Below, in pieces: positions 28,622 to 32,409 of a DNA stretch of 32,409 nucleotides (the first letter of the stretch is position 1; every line of letters begins with the position of its first letter). Origin of the DNA: Burkholderiales bacterium (GTDB lineage Bacteria > Pseudomonadota > Gammaproteobacteria > Burkholderiales > SG8-39); NCBI GenBank assembly GCA_035540415.1, contig DATLGR010000027.1:1-32409 (forward strand). The letters are read 5' to 3'. The translations under genes were made by a program, and so were the position numbers. The notes beneath the pieces are model-generated. The model did not search any database and was not told the DNA's origin. It saw nothing but the letters and a program-made list of their open reading frames with translations.

Positions 28622-30996
28622 GCGGCAAGCCTGGCAAGGGCGTCGGCGCCCGGCTGCGCCGCAAGGAGGACCACCGGCACCTGCACGGGCGGGGCGAGTT
28701 CGTCGGCGACCTGCGGCTGCCGGGCACGCTCGAGGCGGCGTTCGTGCGCAGTCCGGTTGCGCACGGCGTCGTCCGCGGGCTCGACATCCCGGCCGAGCAT
28801 GCGGCAAGCGTCCTCACCGCGGCCGACTTCCCCGGCGTGAAGCCGATCGTGGCGGTGCCCAAGGTGGAGGGCTTCAAGGCCTCGGAGCACCCGGCGCTCG
28901 CAGCCGGCCGGGTGCGCTTCGCCGGCGAGCCGATCGCCCTCGCGCTGGCTGCGACGCGCGCCCAGGCGGAGGACATCGCCGAGGCCGTCACCGTGGAGGT
29001 CGACGAGCTGCCCGCCGTGGTCGACATGGTGCAGGCGCTCGAGCCGGGCGCGCCGCTCATCCGCGAGGAGTGGCGCGACAACCAGTTCGTGGAGAAGCTG
29101 AACGAGTACGGCGACCTGGAATGGGCGCGGCGCAACGCCACGGTCACCGTCCAGCGCGAATACCGCATGAACCGCCAGGCGGCGGTGCCGCTCGAGGGGC
29201 GCGCCATCCTGGCGGCGTGGAACGAGCGCCTGGAGGAGCTGACGCTGTACATCGGCAGCCAGTCGCCCCACCAGCTGCGCGTCGGGCTCGCCCACAGCCT
29301 GGGCATCGAGGAGCGGCAGATCCGCCTGGTCACGCCCGACATGGGCGGCGGATTCGGCGCGAAGCGGGTGCTCTACCCCGAGGAGCTCATCGTGGCCGCG
29401 GCGGCGCTCAAGCTGCGCCGGCCGGTGCGCTGGCTGGAGGACAAGCGCGAGCACCTGCTCGCCTCGATCCACTGCCGCGAGCATCTGCACCGCGTGACGG
29501 CCTATGCCGACGCAAGGGGCAAGCTGCTCGGCCTGGACGTGGAGATCTTCGTCGACGCCGGCGCCTATTCGCACTGGCCGAACGGCCCGTTCATGGAGGC
29601 CGGCATGGCGGCGCGCAACATCCCGGGCCCCTACGTCGTCGAGCACTACCGCTGCCGCAGCCACACGGTGGCGACCAACAAGTCGCCGATCGGCGCCTAC
29701 CGGGGCGTCGCCCGGCCCGCGGCCTGCTTCACCATCGAGCGCACCATCGACGAGATCGCGCACGCGGTGGGACGCGAGCCCTGGGAGGTGCGCCTGGAGA
29801 ACATGGTGCCGTCTTCCGCGATGCCGTATCGCAACGTCACCCGGCTCGCGTTCGACACGGGCGACTACGCGGAGTCGGTCCGGCGCGCGGCGCAGCTGAT
29901 CGACCTGGAGGCGGTGCGCGCGCGGCAGAAGCGCGGCGAGCCCGACGGGCGCCTGATCGGCGTGGGATTCGCATCGTTCACCGAGCAGACGGCGCACGGC
30001 TGCGGCGAATGGGTGGCGCGCGGCGTGCCGGTGATCCCCGGCTACGAGTCGGCCACCGCGCGCATGATGACCGACGGCTCGCTCATGCTCATGGTGGGCA
30101 TTATTTCGCACGGCCAGGGCCTGGAGACCACGCTCGCGCAGATCGCGCACGAGGAGCTGGGCATCGACCCGTTGCGCATCTCCATTCGCCACGGCGACAC
30201 GCAGGCCTCGCCCTTCGGCATGGGCACGTTCGCCTCGCGCAGCATGGTGATGGCCGGCGGCGCGGTGGCGAAGGCCTGCCGGGCGCTGCGCGCCAAGATG
30301 GCCGCGATCGCGGCGCACCTGCTGCAATGCGACGCGGCGGCGCTTCGCTTCGAAGACTGCGCGGTGCACGGGCCGGGCGGCTCGCTGCCGTTCGCCGAGC
30401 TCGGCCGCATCGCGAACCTGCGGCAGGAGGCGCTGCCGCCCGGCGTGGACCCGCTGCTCGAAGTCACGGTGACCTACGAGCCTGCCGTCGACACGGGCGT
30501 GTTTACCTACGCCACACAGGCGGCGGTGGTCGCGGTGGATCCGGACACCGGGATGGTCGAGCTCCTCGACTACGCGGTGGTCGAGGACTGCGGCACGGTC
30601 GTCAATCCGCTCATCGTCGACGGCCAGATCGCCGGCGGCATCGCGCAGGGCATCGGCACCGCGCTGTACGAGGAGATTCCCTACGACGCCAGCGGGCAGC
30701 CGCTCGCCACGACGCTTGCCGATTACCTGCTTCCGGGCGCTCCCGAGATCCCGGCGATCAAGATCGGGCACCTGAGCACGCCCAGCCCGCACACCGAGTA
30801 CGGCATGAAGGGCATGGGCGAGGGCGGCGCCATCTCCCCGCCCGCGGCCATCGCCAACGCCATCCGCGATGCGCTGCTCGGCATCGGCGGCGAAATCAAC
30901 GAGACGCCGATGACTCCGCGTCGCGTGCGCGCCGCGGTGGCGCGGGCACTTGCGGCGCGCGCGAGCCGGCCGGCCGCCGAGCCGGTGCACGCATGA
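28618..30996 (+). CDS. Xanthine dehydrogenase / CoxL-family molybdopterin-binding large subunit
   Basis: 792 aa. RLRRKEDHRHLHGRGEFVGD N-terminus, GGGFG (29341 region), GAYRGVARP, and KGMGEGG near the C-terminus (catalytic Glu context). The GTG start overlaps the Bug stop (GTGA). Confidence 0.9.
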   Translation: MSGKPGKGVGARLRRKEDHRHLHGRGEFVGDLRLPGTLEAAFVRSPVAHGVVRGLDIPAEHAASVLTAADFPGVKPIVAVPKVEGFKASEHPALAAGRVRFAGEPIALALAATRAQAEDIAEAVTVEVDELPAVVDMVQALEPGAPLIREEWRDNQFVEKLNEYGDLEWARRNATVTVQREYRMNRQAAVPLEGRAILAAWNERLEELTLYIGSQSPHQLRVGLAHSLGIEERQIRLVTPDMGGGFGAKRVLYPEELIVAAAALKLRRPVRWLEDKREHLLASIHCREHLHRVTAYADARGKLLGLDVEIFVDAGAYSHWPNGPFMEAGMAARNIPGPYVVEHYRCRSHTVATNKSPIGAYRGVARPAACFTIERTIDEIAHAVGREPWEVRLENMVPSSAMPYRNVTRLAFDTGDYAESVRRAAQLIDLEAVRARQKRGEPDGRLIGVGFASFTEQTAHGCGEWVARGVPVIPGYESATARMMTDGSLMLMVGIISHGQGLETTLAQIAHEELGIDPLRISIRHGDTQASPFGMGTFASRSMVMAGGAVAKACRALRAKMAAIAAHLLQCDAAALRFEDCAVHGPGGSLPFAELGRIANLRQEALPPGVDPLLEVTVTYEPAVDTGVFTYATQAAVVAVDPDTGMVELLDYAVVEDCGTVVNPLIVDGQIAGGIAQGIGTALYEEIPYDASGQPLATTLADYLLPGAPEIPAIKIGHLSTPSPHTEYGMKGMGEGGAISPPAAIANAIRDALLGIGGEINETPMTPRRVRAAVARALAARASRPAAEPVHA

Positions 30997-31835
30997 AGCC
31001 GCCGCGCTTCGCGTACCACCGCGCCGGCACCCTCGAGGAGGCGATCGAGCTCGGCGCCCGGTTCGACGGCTCCGCGAAATTCATGGCCGGCGGACAATCG
31101 TTGATGCCGGTCATGAGCCTGCGCATGATGACGGCGGAGCACGTCATCGACATCTCCGGCATCGCCGCGCTGCGCGAATGCCGCGCGGCCGGAGAGCGCG
31201 AGCTCATCGGCGCGGGCACGACGCATGCGATGCTCGAGGATGGCAAAGTGCCGGATCCGGCCCGCGGCTACCTGCGCCACGTCGCCGCGGGAATCGGCTA
31301 CCGGTCCATCCGCAATCGCGGCACCGTCGGCGGCAGCCTCGCCCACGCCGATCCGGCGGGGGACTGGCCGAGCGCGCTGCTTGCGCTCGACGCCGTGGCC
31401 GTCATCGCCGGGCCCGGCGGCGAGCGCCGCGTGCCGCTGCGCGAGTTCCAGCTCGGCCTGATGGAAACCTGCCTTGCGGGCCCCGAGCTCCTGACCGGGG
31501 TGCTGGTGCCGCGGCTCTCCGAGCGCGCGCGCTGGGCGTACCGCAAGTTCTGCCGCAAGGTGGGCGAGTTCGCGCATTCCATCGGCGCCGTGGTGCTCGA
31601 TCCGACCTTGCGGATCTGCAATGTCGTGGTCGGGGCCGTCGGCGGCAAGCCGGTGCGCCTCGAGCAGACCTCCGCGCGGATCGCCGAGGGGGCGCCGCGC
31701 AAGGATCCGCGCGAGCTCGCGGCGCTGGTGGCGCAGGACCTCGCCGGCGCCACCGGCCTCGACCCTTCCTCCTACGAGTTCCAGGTGCACCACGCCATCG
31801 TCTCCCGCGCCCTCACGCAGGCGCTGTCCGCATGA
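30993..31835 (+). CDS. Molybdenum hydroxylase FAD-binding medium subunit (CoxM/XdhB-like)
   Basis: This is the C-terminal 280 codons of track ORF 29070-31835, from ATG 30993 (ATGA overlap). It carries FMAGGQSLMPVM and RNRGTVGGSLAHADPAGD, FAD-binding PCMH-type motifs. Confidence 0.88.
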   Translation: MKPPRFAYHRAGTLEEAIELGARFDGSAKFMAGGQSLMPVMSLRMMTAEHVIDISGIAALRECRAAGERELIGAGTTHAMLEDGKVPDPARGYLRHVAAGIGYRSIRNRGTVGGSLAHADPAGDWPSALLALDAVAVIAGPGGERRVPLREFQLGLMETCLAGPELLTGVLVPRLSERARWAYRKFCRKVGEFAHSIGAVVLDPTLRICNVVVGAVGGKPVRLEQTSARIAEGAPRKDPRELAALVAQDLAGATGLDPSSYEFQVHHAIVSRALTQALSA

Positions 31836-32299
31836 GCCGCATTGCCATGACCGTGAACGGCCGGCCGGTCGAGGCCGAAGCCGAGGACCGCACGACGCTC
31901 GGCGAATTCCTGCGCGAGGCCCTGGACCTCACCGGAACCCACCTCGCCTGCGAGCACGGCGTCTGCGGCGCCTGCACGGTGCTGCTCGACGAGGAGCCGG
32001 TGCGCTCGTGCATCACCCTTGCCGCCGCCGTGACCGGCCGGCAGGTGCGCACCATCGAGGGCTTCGACGACGATCCCGCGATGCGGGTGATCCGGGAGTG
32101 CTTTTCCGAGGCGCACGGGCTGCAGTGCGGCTACTGCACGCCGGGCATGCTCATCACGGTGCGCGACCTGCTGCGGCGCGGGCGCGCCGCCGATGCCGCG
32201 CAGATCCGCGTGGAGCTGGCGGGCAACCTGTGCCGCTGCACCGGGTATGCGGGGATCGTGAAGGCCACCGAGCTCGCGCGGGACCGGCTGGCGAAGTAG
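31832..32299 (+). CDS. Molybdenum hydroxylase [2Fe-2S] small subunit (CoxS-like)
   Basis: This is the C-terminal 155 codons of track ORF 30950-32299, from ATG 31832 (ATGA overlap). It has two cluster motifs, CEHGVCGACTV and CGYCTPGM...CRCTGY. Confidence 0.92.
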   Translation: MSRIAMTVNGRPVEAEAEDRTTLGEFLREALDLTGTHLACEHGVCGACTVLLDEEPVRSCITLAAAVTGRQVRTIEGFDDDPAMRVIRECFSEAHGLQCGYCTPGMLITVRDLLRRGRAADAAQIRVELAGNLCRCTGYAGIVKATELARDRLAK

Positions 32300-32307
32300 C
32301 GCCGGAC

Positions 32308-32377
32308 GTGCGCAAGGTCTCGCTGCGCCACTTGCGCTCGTTCCTGGCGGTTGCGGAAGCGGGGTCGTTCACCGCCG
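32308..32377 (+). CDS. LysR-family transcriptional regulator, N-terminal fragment only (truncated by a terminal fold-back)
   Basis: GTG 32308 opens VRKVSLRHLRSFLAVAEAGSFTAAA, the canonical start of a LysR wHTH. The frame loses family resemblance at the palindrome axis (32377/32378). Confidence 0.55.
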
Positions 32378-32409
32378 CGGCGGTGAACGACCCCGCTTCC
32401 GCAACCGCC
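32346..32409. repeat. Perfect 64-bp palindrome (32-bp arms, no spacer) reaching the last base of the window
   Basis: I paired 32346-32377 base by base against 32409-32378, and all 32 pairs are complementary. The axis lies inside GCCG|CGGC. Confidence 0.95.

Noticed and set aside
28618-32299. Carbon monoxide dehydrogenase (coxLMS) interpretation
   Set aside because: The large subunit has AYRGVAR instead of the form-I CODH active-site loop (AYRCSFR). The gene order is L-M-S rather than coxMSL. No coxDEFG accessory genes are present. I call it a generic Mo-hydroxylase of unknown substrate.
32346-32409. Covalently closed hairpin telomere of a linear replicon
   Set aside because: The palindrome axis falls inside the coding sequence of a LysR wHTH, truncating it after about 23 codons. 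No telomere resolvase or other linear-replicon genes are present. A fold-back assembly artefact explains it more simply.

Overview
Very GC-rich chromosomal segment with a Betaproteobacteria-like gene order. I recognise no rRNA, tRNA, CRISPR array, transposase, integrase, phage gene or known defence gene.

**Core block (1-11490).** This is a conserved housekeeping block:
- asmA-family 3' end, convergent with hrcA-hemH
- nadK-recN
- fur, divergent from bamE-dapB
- carA-carB-greA

**Lipoprotein array (11539-12738).** A tandem triplication of a small Cys-containing lipoprotein gene of unknown function follows the core block.

**Accessory catabolic region (12757-32299).** It has two parts that diverge from one AT-rich spacer:
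- A minus-strand two-gene operon: an M20-fold hydrolase with apparently degenerate metal ligands, plus an adenylate-forming ligase.
- A 15-gene, 16.6-kb, almost gap-free plus-strand operon:
  - MDR reductase, CoA ligase, PaaI thioesterase
  - TcuA, TcuB
  - a split ThDP decarboxylase (ComD/ComE-like) and an aldehyde dehydrogenase
  - hydantoinase/oxoprolinase A and B, and RidA
  - a Bug/TctC binding protein
  - a molybdenum hydroxylase in L-M-S order

I cannot assign this gene combination to any characterised pathway. It is my best candidate for an undescribed system, a catabolic route whose substrate is unknown. The triplicated lipoprotein family is the second candidate.

**Window end.** A LysR-type regulator gene is cut off by a perfect 64-bp palindrome that runs to the last base. 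This is most likely a fold-back assembly artefact.

**Caveats.** All product calls come from reading the supplied translations for family-diagnostic motifs; no database search was possible. The many long antisense and out-of-frame ORFs in the track are ordinary high-GC artefacts.
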